From the NCBI GenBank assembly GCA_965217895.1, contig CBDCJV010000002.1, positions 160,001-224,000 of the forward strand: a DNA stretch of 64,000 nucleotides, in the 5' to 3' direction. The DNA comes from Waterburya sp. Lineage in GTDB: Bacteria > Cyanobacteriota > Cyanobacteriia > Cyanobacteriales > Xenococcaceae. Made by a program: the position numbers and the translations under genes. The notes beneath the pieces were generated by a model. That model had not been told where the DNA came from and searched no databases. It saw only the letters and a program-made list of their open reading frames with translations. Each line of letters starts with the position of its first letter. Within the stretch, counting starts at the first letter, position 1. Positions 31,586-40,912 of this stretch are shown here, piece by piece.

Positions 31586-33372
31586 TAAAACCTACGCACT
31601 CGCCCCCTAAATCCCCCAAGACGAGCGACCCCCCCTAAAGGGTTCAACAGTTTGACGGGCGGTATAAACGTCGCAGCAAAGCTACGACGACACGCCCTCC
31701 TTATGCCGGTGAAACCTTTCGACACTTTGCTCAACGGGTCTATGACCCGCAACGCAAGTGTCTCACCACCGCAACTGTCTCACCGCGTCGCCGTCAGAGG
31801 TCAGACCCCGCGTCGCCGTTAGGCGCAAGGGAATGCTGACCTAGCAAGGGAATGCGCGAGTGGGGGACTTTTAATTCTTGTTCCCCCAAGTTTGGTAGGG
31901 CTGTTTCATTCTCAAAATAGAAGATGCGATCGCGAATAAATCTATTCACTACACCTATCAGTGACACAAAGAAAGTAATAATGGCAAATTATGGCTTAAA
32001 TAACTGATTGCCTCAGTCATAGAATCAAAACCATGAACTCTCAGTAGGTTAATAACCCAACTTTTAATCAAAGAGATGTTTGTGGATGCTTTGCCGTGAA
32101 GTTGAGGGCTGTTATCTTCTTTCGTTACGACATCCTTAAACGGCACTCAATACGGCGACGCAGGTTCGCCGTCCGTGCCTCCCCAATGCCAACGATTCTC
32201 GATACCCCAATGTCGGCCAATACCTTGGGGAATAAGCCAAGAAGTTGCTGTTCACAAGTAGCAGATAACAAGTAGCGCAGCCTGGAGGCTGCCGACGTTG
32301 CTCCGCAACGGCCAGACGCGAAGCGCGTCTGCAAGTTCAACCTCTGCCACAGCAAGCAAAGCTTGCAAAGTCGTCGAAGACGACGACATGGAGCGATAGC
32401 TCCTGTGTCAGACAAAGGGCTTGCCCGCATGTATTCAAGAGTTGAATTATTTTTTCATCTTTTCCTCATCAATGAAGAGGCTGCATATCCAACTTCGGAG
32501 TTTTTCTTAATTGCTATCTGCTATTTGCACACGCTGGAGCGTGTCGCCATCGCGAAGCGATGTCGGCGTTCTCCAGAACGCGCTACTTGCTACTTAACTC
32601 CGAAGGAGTTGGGTAAAGAACTAATATAATAAGTCGCCGAATCCGATTCGTAATCGTGATTACCTCTTGTTCGCGAACGGAAAATTTTGATGATACTATG
32701 AACTCCAACCCATTGAGAATCAATGTTTGATGGAGGAGCCAATACTTCTACAGTTCGATGAGTTAGTCGATTTCTTGTCTTCTCGATCTGCTCAAAGCAA
32801 CTAATCGCCTTTGTACTTGTTGCTTGAAATTCAACAGCGGAGTGGAATAAGCGCGGGAAACCCACGCATTTCCTCCGCTCAATTTGTCGATGTAATGTTT
32901 TTTGATTTCTTTTGACCACAATTAGGTAGTTATTACCACTGTCGATAATTGCTGAGACTGTTTTTTTTGACAATGTAGAGCATCTATCGTGAACACCACT
33001 CCTTTTAAATGCAGCAATTCTAATAAGTCTTGCACGGCGACAATCTCACTTTGTTTCTTATTTTCCCTAACTTTTATGCCTAAAATTTCCCCGCCTTCAT
33101 GAGTCAAAGCCGAAACCATCATGACGAAGTTTTGCTGTTGTCCATAACAGTCGTTGACAGTATTTTTCAAACTTTTGCCATCAATTGCAATCCATTCACC
33201 TGCTTTTCGCTCATCAGGTATTTGTTTCAAATAGTCAATTAAGCTTTTATCCCAGTCTTTTAAAGTCATTGAGCGGTTAAATTAGGTTTTATATCAATTT
33301 ACCGCACTTTAGCTCTAGAATGAAACAGCCCTACCAGATTTGGGGGGCTAGGGGGCGAGTGCGTAAGTCCTA
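31586..33372. mobile_element. MITE (TAGGACTTACGCA family) interrupted by ISAs1
   Basis: 31592-31890 and 33340-33372 match the uninterrupted copy at 57168-57428; right TIR TGCGTAAGTCCTA intact, left degenerate. Confidence 0.8.
31896..33333 (-). mobile_element. ISAs1-family element with fragmented transposase
   Basis: TIRs TAGGGCTGTTTCATTCT/AGAATGAAACAGCCCTA; imperfect 10-bp TSD CCAAGTTTGG/CCAGATTTGG; motifs IAIDGKSL, TIDALHCQK, VKRNQKTL, RHWGIENRWHW, KDVVTKED. Confidence 0.9.
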
Positions 33373-33429
33373 TTTAAGATTCTTACCTTGCCCGAAACTT
33401 TAACCTAGTTGTAGTTCAAAGATTTAAAA

Positions 33430-35055
33430 TTGGCTAAATACACTTCTCTATTCTCAGAAAAAAAATTCAGCAGATCTCCTCTAAAATTTCTGGTTAGATT
33501 TTCCTCTATCTTCTCAATTGCGATCGCAACTTTGGTGACAGTAGCTGTATTTGAGCGTCCAACCATACCCGCAGAAAGAATTGATTTTAACTATAGTTTG
33601 CTCGGTTTTAAGATCCAGGTCGAAGACCTAGAAGCCTTTGCCAAACATGGAGAAATCAGCAGTAGTCTCAATTTTTATCTTAAGCGTATCTCACCGAAGC
33701 AAACTGAGAGATTACAAAAGCTTCTGCGCCAAAGCTACAATGTTAATCGAGTTTTGGTCTATCGCTATTCCCGTACTACCTCTGGGATTAAAATATTGCA
33801 GCGCATCGGCGAGATTATTCAATTACCTGGAGGCATCAATGGTTTTTATGGTTTGCGGGCTGCGGTGGTACAGAGTGCAGGATCTCCTGACGGGGTTAAC
33901 TTAGTTGATTTTTTAAAACGTTTCCCTACAGACGTTAACCTCAATCTTTCAGAATTACTCAAGCTGGTTAAGCAAGTCTCTAATGCCGAAGATGATACTC
34001 AAGAGTTTATTACCAGCTTAGACGAAGGGAAAACCTCAAAAGCAACTTCAGCAGATTTTAAAAAAGCTCCTAATTTTTCCAAGAAGGGTCAATTTCAAGT
34101 AACTAAACAGACATTAGACTTTTATGACCCTAAACGCGATCGCAATTTAGTTACCGATCTTTATCTACCTAAAAACAGCAAATCTACTCCTGTAATAGTA
34201 GTTTCTAATGGTTTAGGTGCAAAACGCGATCGCTTTCAAGATTTAGCAAATCATTTGGCTTCCTATGGCTTTGCGGTGGTTATTCCCGATCATCCTGGGA
34301 GCGATCGTCAACGACAATTAGACTTTGTTAGAGGTTTATACAAAGAGAATTTTGATGCCACAGAATATACAGATCGTCCCTTGGATATTAGCTATATTTT
34401 AGATGAATTAGAAAAAATCAATCAAAAACAGTTAAATAATAATCTTAATCTGGAACAGGTTGGTATTTTTGGTTATTCTATCGGCGGGACGACGGCTCTT
34501 TCTTTGGCAGGGGCAGAGATTGATTTTCCCCAACTAGAACATGATTGCGCTCAACAACTCGATCTGCTCAATATTTCCGTATTATATCAGTGTCGTGCTT
34601 TGGATATGCCGAGAAAAAAGCAGTCTCTAAAAGATAATCGTATCAAGGCTGCATATATGTTTGTGCCTTTTGGCAATAGTCTTTTTAATAAACAGAAGCT
34701 TAAAGAAATATCAATTCCTGTGATGTGGCAGGTTGTAGATCGAGATTTTTTAACTTCGCTGCTAAATGAACAGGTGCCTTTATTTAAATCTTTGGAAAAT
34801 AGCGATCGGCATTTGGTAATTTCCGAAAGATTACCCCATTCTAATGTCACTTTAGCAAACGAGCAGCGATCTTCGCAAGCAAAGGCTTTTAATGTGGCAA
34901 AAACTTATCAAAACATCCTCTCGTTGGTTTTCTTTGAAAACTACCTTACCCAAGATCGAAAATTTCGCCCTTACTTAAGCGCAGAATATATAAGGGCGAT
35001 CGCTCAAAAACCCTATAGTCTGCATATTTTAGCCAAATCATCAGACAAAAGCTAA
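33430..35055 (+). CDS. Alpha/beta hydrolase with DUF1400 N-terminal domain
   Basis: DLEAFAKHG N-domain; HLASYGFAVVIPDHPGS; GYSIGG nucleophile elbow. Confidence 0.85.
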   Translation: MAKYTSLFSEKKFSRSPLKFLVRFSSIFSIAIATLVTVAVFERPTIPAERIDFNYSLLGFKIQVEDLEAFAKHGEISSSLNFYLKRISPKQTERLQKLLRQSYNVNRVLVYRYSRTTSGIKILQRIGEIIQLPGGINGFYGLRAAVVQSAGSPDGVNLVDFLKRFPTDVNLNLSELLKLVKQVSNAEDDTQEFITSLDEGKTSKATSADFKKAPNFSKKGQFQVTKQTLDFYDPKRDRNLVTDLYLPKNSKSTPVIVVSNGLGAKRDRFQDLANHLASYGFAVVIPDHPGSDRQRQLDFVRGLYKENFDATEYTDRPLDISYILDELEKINQKQLNNNLNLEQVGIFGYSIGGTTALSLAGAEIDFPQLEHDCAQQLDLLNISVLYQCRALDMPRKKQSLKDNRIKAAYMFVPFGNSLFNKQKLKEISIPVMWQVVDRDFLTSLLNEQVPLFKSLENSDRHLVISERLPHSNVTLANEQRSSQAKAFNVAKTYQNILSLVFFENYLTQDRKFRPYLSAEYIRAIAQKPYSLHILAKSSDKS

Positions 35056-35132
35056 AAGTAATTTTTTTATAACATAATCCAAACATCTGCTTAATTTGAG
35101 GTAACTTTGATGAGTTAAGACTACTTTAGAAG

Positions 35133-36524
35133 TTGTTTATGAATCACGGTAGCTATGATGTAGTGGTAATCGGAGGTGGTCCTGCTGGATCGACTTTATC
35201 TACCCTGTTGGTCAAGCAAGGGTACGCGGTTTTGCTGCTAGAAAAAGGAAAATTCCCTCGTTTTCATGTAGGAGAGTCTTTATTACCCGCAACTCAAGCG
35301 ATTTGGCACAAGCTAGGTATTGCTGAATCATTAGAAAATTTAGCACAGAAGAGATATAAAGACAGTGCCGAATTTAGGATTGGACTTTCTCCTCATAGTC
35401 CAGATTATGAGTCTGCAAACATTGACTTTACCAAACCCGAAAACTGGTCGGCAAAAGATTTTCCGAATCATCCTTACGCCTATCAGGTTGAACGTAGTCA
35501 ATTCGATCTCTTGCTGTTAAATCATGCTCGCCAACAAGGAGTGAAGGTGTGCGAATCAGCAACGGTGCGAGAGATTATTTGGTCAGGGGATAAAGCGACT
35601 GGCGTGCGGTGGCGTGACGATGACGGACTTGAGCATCTTACCTCAGCTAAATGTATTGCCGATTGTTCTGGAAGACAAGCATTAATTGCCAAAAGTAAGA
35701 ATCTGCTAGTAGAAGATAAAACTATCAAAACCTCGGCGGTGTTTGGTCACTTTAGCGATGTTACTCCTAACCCTGGAAAAGAACAGGGTGCAATTAGCAT
35801 TTACTTTATTGCTAACGGCTGGATTTGGTTTATTCCCCTGCAGGCAAACAAAATGAGCGTGGGAGTAGTAGTCAACAAACCTGAAAGTGACTGGTGGCAC
35901 AAAAAAAATCCCCAGGATATTCTACTTACCTACATAAACCGCTATAAATTTTTGCAAACTAGATTTGAGTCAGCACAGCAAACCTCAAAAACTCGGCTGT
36001 TAAGCAACCTATCCTATGCTGCCAAGCAAACTGCGGGAGATGGCTGGCTATTGGTAGGGGATGCTAATTTCTTTGTCGATCCTTTTCTTTCTTCGGGGGT
36101 GCAGGTAGCCTTTAAAACTGCCGAAAAAGCGGCGATCGCCATTAACGAATATCTCCAGAATAACAGTAATTTAAAATCTTTCCAAAATTATGCAAAATGG
36201 TGTCAAAGCTATAAATTCCATGTTGTTGTGACCATGCGCTTGATGTATGGCTTGATGAAATATCAGTTTGCAATCCGCACATTTGTTACAGCAGTAAGGA
36301 ACAGTTTAAAGATCAAACCCAATCGATTAGAACGGGGGTTTATTGCCTGGACACTTGGTAACTTTGATCGCCATCATTGGTCACTATACTTTATGTGGCT
36401 TGTCTTTTACACACTTATTGTGGTTGCTAAAATACGCCAGTTTATACTGCGTCAAAATCCTTGGTCAGATTATTCAAAGTTTTGTCCCCTGATTAACAAG
36501 CCCATACCCAAACCTCATTGTTGA
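35133..36524 (+). CDS. FAD-dependent oxidoreductase, tryptophan-halogenase-like
   Basis: GGGPAGS, FPRFHVGESL, WIWFIP, GDANFFVDPFLSSGV. Confidence 0.8.
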   Translation: MFMNHGSYDVVVIGGGPAGSTLSTLLVKQGYAVLLLEKGKFPRFHVGESLLPATQAIWHKLGIAESLENLAQKRYKDSAEFRIGLSPHSPDYESANIDFTKPENWSAKDFPNHPYAYQVERSQFDLLLLNHARQQGVKVCESATVREIIWSGDKATGVRWRDDDGLEHLTSAKCIADCSGRQALIAKSKNLLVEDKTIKTSAVFGHFSDVTPNPGKEQGAISIYFIANGWIWFIPLQANKMSVGVVVNKPESDWWHKKNPQDILLTYINRYKFLQTRFESAQQTSKTRLLSNLSYAAKQTAGDGWLLVGDANFFVDPFLSSGVQVAFKTAEKAAIAINEYLQNNSNLKSFQNYAKWCQSYKFHVVVTMRLMYGLMKYQFAIRTFVTAVRNSLKIKPNRLERGFIAWTLGNFDRHHWSLYFMWLVFYTLIVVAKIRQFILRQNPWSDYSKFCPLINKPIPKPHC

Positions 36525-36749
36525 ATAATCGTGTTGTGAAGTTATGCTGTTAAAATTATCGCTACTAGCAAAAAAACCTAACTCTATATTGCGATCGCTT
36601 GTTGTTTTGAAGATCGACTTCAAGAAGTGGCGCATTTATCTGCATCTGTAAATTATTGACCAAATGGATAAATAAAACAAAGCTAATTCACATCAAGTAT
36701 GAGGTATCCTAGCATAGAGAATAAGCCAACCAAACTATGAAGAAAAGCG

Positions 36750-38030
36750 GTGTTAGATCTCAAACTAATTAGAGCCAACCCTCAGCACATTCAAGAATTA
36801 ATTAATCGTCGTAATGGTAGTTATGACATCCAGCCAATTATAAAATTAGATAGTGCTTCAAGGGAGCTAGAAACTAACCGCAGCCAGCTTAGCGCGCGGG
36901 GTAACGAAATTGGCAAACTGATTGGCAAAAAGATTGGTAGCGGTAGCGATCCTCAAGGAAATGAGATAAATCAGCTTAAGGCTGAAGGTAACAACCTAAA
37001 AACCCAGTTAAGTGAATTAGAACCCCAAGAAAGAGAATTAAAAGCCAAGATTGAAGCTCTTTTATTAGAATTACCTAATTTACCTGATGAATCTGTCCCC
37101 GTTGGTAAAAGCGAGGACGATAACGTAGAGATTAAACGCTGGGGCGATGAATATATAGCTAATAGCGAGAATGTATTGCCTCATTGGGAAATAGGCGAAA
37201 AATTAGGCATTTTAGATTTTAAACGGGCAGTGAAAGTAGCCCAGAGTCGCTTTGTTAATTTAGTTGGCGCAGGGGCAGCATTAGAAAGGGCTTTAATTAG
37301 CTTTATGCTGGATATGCAAATTGAAGCCGGTTATATTGAAGTAATGCCTCCTGTATTAATAAATAGTGCTTCTTTACAGGGTACAAGTCAGTTACCAAAG
37401 TTTGCCGAAGATAGCTTTAAATGCACCAACGATGATTTGTGGTTGACTCCTACATCCGAAGTACCTCTTGTTAACCTATATCGAGATGAGGTTTTAGAAG
37501 ATACCGAGTTACCGATCCGCCATTGTGCTTACACTCCTTGTTTTAGAAGAGAAGCAGGCAGTGCAGGTAGAGATAGCAGAGGTTTAATCAGGCTGCATCA
37601 ATTTAATAAAGTAGAGTTGGTTAAAATAGTTGCCCCTGAAACTTCTGATGCCGAACATCAAACTTTAGTAAAGAATGCCGAAGCTATCCTCCAAGCTTTA
37701 AAACTACCTTACCGTATCTTAGAACTCTGCACAGGGGATATTGGTTTTGGGGCTGCAAAATGCTTTGACCTAGAGGTGTGGTTGCCCTCGGCAAAAATGT
37801 ATCGTGAAATCTCTAGCTGTTCTAACTGTAAAGATTTTCAAGCCCGTCGCGCTAATATTCGCTTTAAACAAGCAGGTAAAAAAGGAACACAGTATGTTCA
37901 TACCCTTAATGGTTCGGGCTTAGCAATTGGACGCACTATGGCAGCAGTACTAGAAAATTATCAGCAGCCTGATGGCACAGTTAGAATACCTGATGTGCTG
38001 CAACCATATTTAAAGAGAGAAATTTTGTAG
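36750..38030 (+). CDS. serS: Serine--tRNA ligase
   Basis: [42 protein letters not shown]. Confidence 0.97.
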   Translation: MLDLKLIRANPQHIQELINRRNGSYDIQPIIKLDSASRELETNRSQLSARGNEIGKLIGKKIGSGSDPQGNEINQLKAEGNNLKTQLSELEPQERELKAKIEALLLELPNLPDESVPVGKSEDDNVEIKRWGDEYIANSENVLPHWEIGEKLGILDFKRAVKVAQSRFVNLVGAGAALERALISFMLDMQIEAGYIEVMPPVLINSASLQGTSQLPKFAEDSFKCTNDDLWLTPTSEVPLVNLYRDEVLEDTELPIRHCAYTPCFRREAGSAGRDSRGLIRLHQFNKVELVKIVAPETSDAEHQTLVKNAEAILQALKLPYRILELCTGDIGFGAAKCFDLEVWLPSAKMYREISSCSNCKDFQARRANIRFKQAGKKGTQYVHTLNGSGLAIGRTMAAVLENYQQPDGTVRIPDVLQPYLKREIL

Positions 38031-38039
38031 ATATTTATT

Positions 38040-38160
38040 TGTGGGCGAAAGAAAAGTGGGCGAAAAGCCCTTCGGGTTCGACATCGGAAAGCATTCCCTT
38101 GCGCCTTCGGACGACGCGGGGTCTCGACCCACCGCAACTGTCTCACCTTTCGCCCCTACA
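38040..38160. repeat. GTAGGGGCGAA-type palindromic repeat invaded by GC-rich inserts
   Basis: GGGCGAA...TTCGCCCCTACA ends as in the compact copy at 61991-62020; interior shares sequence with 31800-31850. Confidence 0.6.
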
Positions 38161-38174
38161 GTTATTAACTAACG

Positions 38175-38638
38175 TTATTTCTGTGCGTGAATTGTCCAGG
38201 CTGCCATTGAGACTGGGACAATTGGTTCAATTAACTCAATGATCGCACTGGCATAAGCTCCAATTTCGCTTTGCGCCCCTTTTCCTAAGCGTAAGCCAAT
38301 AAAATTCAAAAGAGCCTGTAAACTGACTGTCCAGACCCAAGACGTATAAACAGAAGGAACTAAAACCCCTCTAGCCTGCTCTCTACCTACGCCCAACTCT
38401 AAAAGCTCAGAATACGCCTGATAGCTATTTTCGCATTGTTCTTGGTATAGGTTGATCGCTTTTTGATTAACTTGGGGCTCTAAACTCCCAAGAGTCGCCT
38501 GTTTATTATTTTTTGACTGCTGCCTAAAGGTAAGAGGAATATAAAATTCGTTACTGTCATCAATTGATACATAGCGAAAACTTTTCTCATTCCAGCCAAG
38601 TTGCTCCTCATTGTGATTACTAGCTATGACGTGCTTCC
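38175..38638 (-). CDS. thyX: FAD-dependent thymidylate synthase, exon 2
   Basis: Reads (W)KHVIASNHNEEQLGWNEKSFRY...REQARGVL...AQSEI; in frame with exon 1 once the intron is removed. Confidence 0.92.
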
Positions 38639-39514
38639 CAGTTGTGTTACAAGTAACCCGATGCCGATTACTTTCTTACAGTTTCCTGCAAGCTCAGACT
38701 ATATCATAATCCTTCTATTACAGTTAGGATTCTCCGCGCTTCGAGTTCTCTTAAACCCTACTCCCCAATGGGATAGTCGTTGCGCCTTCCGATGGACTAT
38801 CGGCTTGGCTCAGGATTGCCATATTTTCTGCTTTGTCAACAGACAAACTGTAGGTGTCCCCTGAATTCACGGAGTACGCATCTAGAATTTCTTCTAAATG
38901 GGGCATTGTGTATTTTTCAGTAAGTATGTCAAATTGGATAATTCCCGCTTGTACTAACTGCATAGATATTGACTCTAGCCGATCATGAATTTCTCTATGA
39001 TGACCATTGCTTTGACAAATATAAAGATTGTTAGGCTGATTATTTAGTTTGTCTCCGTCAATGTGGTGAACTCTCTCATGTTTAGTAAGAGGACTACCTT
39101 TTTGAAGTTCTGCGACTAAACGGTGAATTAGACAATACTTGTCTTTTCTACTTGTGTAGTTATGCCCGCGACCCAAATAAACTTCTTTATATCTACTGCT
39201 ATTTATGTATGCTTTACCTATCTCAATCCTGTGCCTAGGTTTTACATTTCCTTTATTCCAAGCAGGTCTACCTTTATTTGCTTTGCCTATAGATCTATTC
39301 TTACAAGTTTTACAGGGGTGTATGTCTGATTCTCGAATCTTTTTAGAATAATTAACAACACGCTCATTCAGACAAATTTCACATCGGAGTTTTACTCGTC
39401 TAGTGTATCTGTATTTACGCTTTGCACCCAAACCCCTTAGAGTTCTTGCATTCTCCAAGATTTCGATGAGCATATTTACACCGTCATACGACACTTACCA
39501 ATCTTACACAGTTT
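38639..39514 (-). ncRNA. Group I intron (IA2-like) in thyX
   Basis: 5' exon ends in U, intron ends in G; P GAATTCAGGGGA (38857-38868), Q AATCCTGAGC (38808-38817), R GCAACGACTAT (38773-38783), S ATGATATAGTCT (38696-38707); P3 CTCCGT/GCGGAG. Confidence 0.9.
38751..39494 (-). CDS. Intron-encoded HNH homing endonuclease
   Basis: CEIC...CKTC, NKGRPAWNKG, HRLVAE...VHHIDGDKLNNQPNNL; alternative ATG at 39473. Confidence 0.88.
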   Translation of the reverse strand: MSYDGVNMLIEILENARTLRGLGAKRKYRYTRRVKLRCEICLNERVVNYSKKIRESDIHPCKTCKNRSIGKANKGRPAWNKGNVKPRHRIEIGKAYINSSRYKEVYLGRGHNYTSRKDKYCLIHRLVAELQKGSPLTKHERVHHIDGDKLNNQPNNLYICQSNGHHREIHDRLESISMQLVQAGIIQFDILTEKYTMPHLEEILDAYSVNSGDTYSLSVDKAENMAILSQADSPSEGATTIPLGSRV

Positions 39515-39767
39515 ACCATTGACGACATACATACAAAGGAGCTTTTACTTTAAATTTAAATACAACTCCACGAAAAGGGCTAGTATGTTCATGTTTGATT
39601 AAATAGTTGATTAGTTTAATATCTTTTTCACCAAGCTTATTAGAAGTCTTTTCAAAAGATGCTCTGGCATCATTCACTATACTTAAATCATTTCCCATAG
39701 AATCAATTAATTCAATTCTACTTTTGCCGTCATTTAAAGGATCTCTTGATATTAGAGTATTGTCCAT
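39515..39767 (-). CDS. thyX: FAD-dependent thymidylate synthase, exon 1
   Basis: MGNDLSIVNDARASF, LINYLIKHEHTSPF, KAPLYVCRQW. Confidence 0.92.
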
Positions 39768-39823
39768 AATTAAACTATTTGTATATATTTGCTTTTTTCA
39801 ATCTAGATTACTTTAGTTCGTAA

Positions 39824-40426
39824 TCAAACCTTCGGTAAGGTAACGCCAGAACCTTGATTTTGATATTTACCGCCTCGATCTGCGTAGGTGGTTTCGCAAG
39901 ACTCCCCCTCGAAAAATAATAACTGCACCACGCCCTCATTAGCGTAAATTTTTACATCCGCACTAGAAGCATTACTAAATTCTAAAGTTATACTTTCTCC
40001 CTGCCAAGAAGCCTCTAAGGGAGTCGTATTCGCTATCACACCAACACGAGCATAAGTAGATTTGCCAAGACAGATAGCGGTCACGTTGGCAGGCATTTTA
40101 ATACTTTCTAAGGATGCTCCTAAACCGTAACTATTTGCAGGGATAATAAAGTAGGATGAGCCATCATCATCATTGTGTAACTCTGCCTGTTCCAAGTTTT
40201 TGGGATTAAACTTTTTGGGATCGATAACAGTTCCTGGAATATGGCGAAATATCCGAAAATCGTGAGGAGACAGACGGATATCGTAGCCATAAGAACTTAA
40301 ACCCCAACTGATAGTAGATACTGCTTTTTCTGCACCCAAAACTGCTTTTCTGATTGATTTTTTCTCAAAAGGAGAAATCATACCTTGACAGGCTTGCTCG
40401 ATAATCCACTTATCATTTTTAATCAT
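39824..40426 (-). CDS. dcd: dCTP deaminase
   Basis: GLSSYGYDIRL, GKSTYAR, NTTPLE, YANEG, YADRGGKYQ. Confidence 0.93.
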   Translation of the reverse strand: MIKNDKWIIEQACQGMISPFEKKSIRKAVLGAEKAVSTISWGLSSYGYDIRLSPHDFRIFRHIPGTVIDPKKFNPKNLEQAELHNDDDGSSYFIIPANSYGLGASLESIKMPANVTAICLGKSTYARVGVIANTTPLEASWQGESITLEFSNASSADVKIYANEGVVQLLFFEGESCETTYADRGGKYQNQGSGVTLPKV

Positions 40427-40569
40427 CTTTGAGATACTGTTGCCAACCCTGACTATTTGTAAGCAGAGAGTATCTTAACAAGCAAAACGTTAATCTTAAT
40501 CTTTATTTTTTCTGAGGGATAAGGCGATCGCATAGCTAGATTAGGCATCGCCTTTGATGATTAGCTTGT

Positions 40570-40725
40570 AAATACTTCGTCTAACCCGACAACATCAAAT
40601 CTTCCCCTGACAACCTTTGAGGCGAACTAAGTGCTTCTACATCTTTGCCTAAACGGTAAATTTCTACTCTTTTCTCATCAGGGTGAATCAGCCAACCTAG
40701 TTTGACACCACATTCTTGATATTCT
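40570..40725 (-). pseudogene. Uma2-family endonuclease C-terminal fragment
   Basis: Manual translation EYQECGVKLGWLIHPDEKRVEIYRLGKDVEALSSPQRLSGEDL. Confidence 0.75.
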
Positions 40726-40740
40726 TTAATAGAGAAATTA

Positions 40741-40874
40741 ATATAGCGATTCTCAAATCAATAAGATACATTAGCTAAGTTCTGAAAAAAAGTGCAAAAC
40801 CTTTCCCCCTTTTACCTTTTCCCTTTAACTAGACACAACTAAGGTGTATCTCGTAAATAAGAGAAACGCTATAT
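40741..40874. repeat. MITE
   Basis: Imperfect TIR ATATAGCGATTCTC / GAGAAACGCTATAT plus inner AGATACA/TGTATCT. Confidence 0.6.
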
Positions 40875-40912
40875 TATTCGAGTGTTAATAATTTTGTTAG
40901 CTAAAAATTGTT

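Noticed and set aside
32125..32629. ORFs 32125-32430 and 32363-32629
   Set aside because: Spurious frames across the element inserted in ISAs1
38601..38864. 87-aa plus-strand ORF
   Set aside because: Antisense to the intron core
38175..39767. thyX as a pseudogene or intein-containing gene
   Set aside because: An in-frame stop at the junction excludes an intein; U/G boundaries and the P/Q/R/S core indicate a group I intron
38175..40426. dcd-thyX-HNH as a prophage remnant
   Set aside because: No integrase or structural genes; flanked by serS and ordinary host genes
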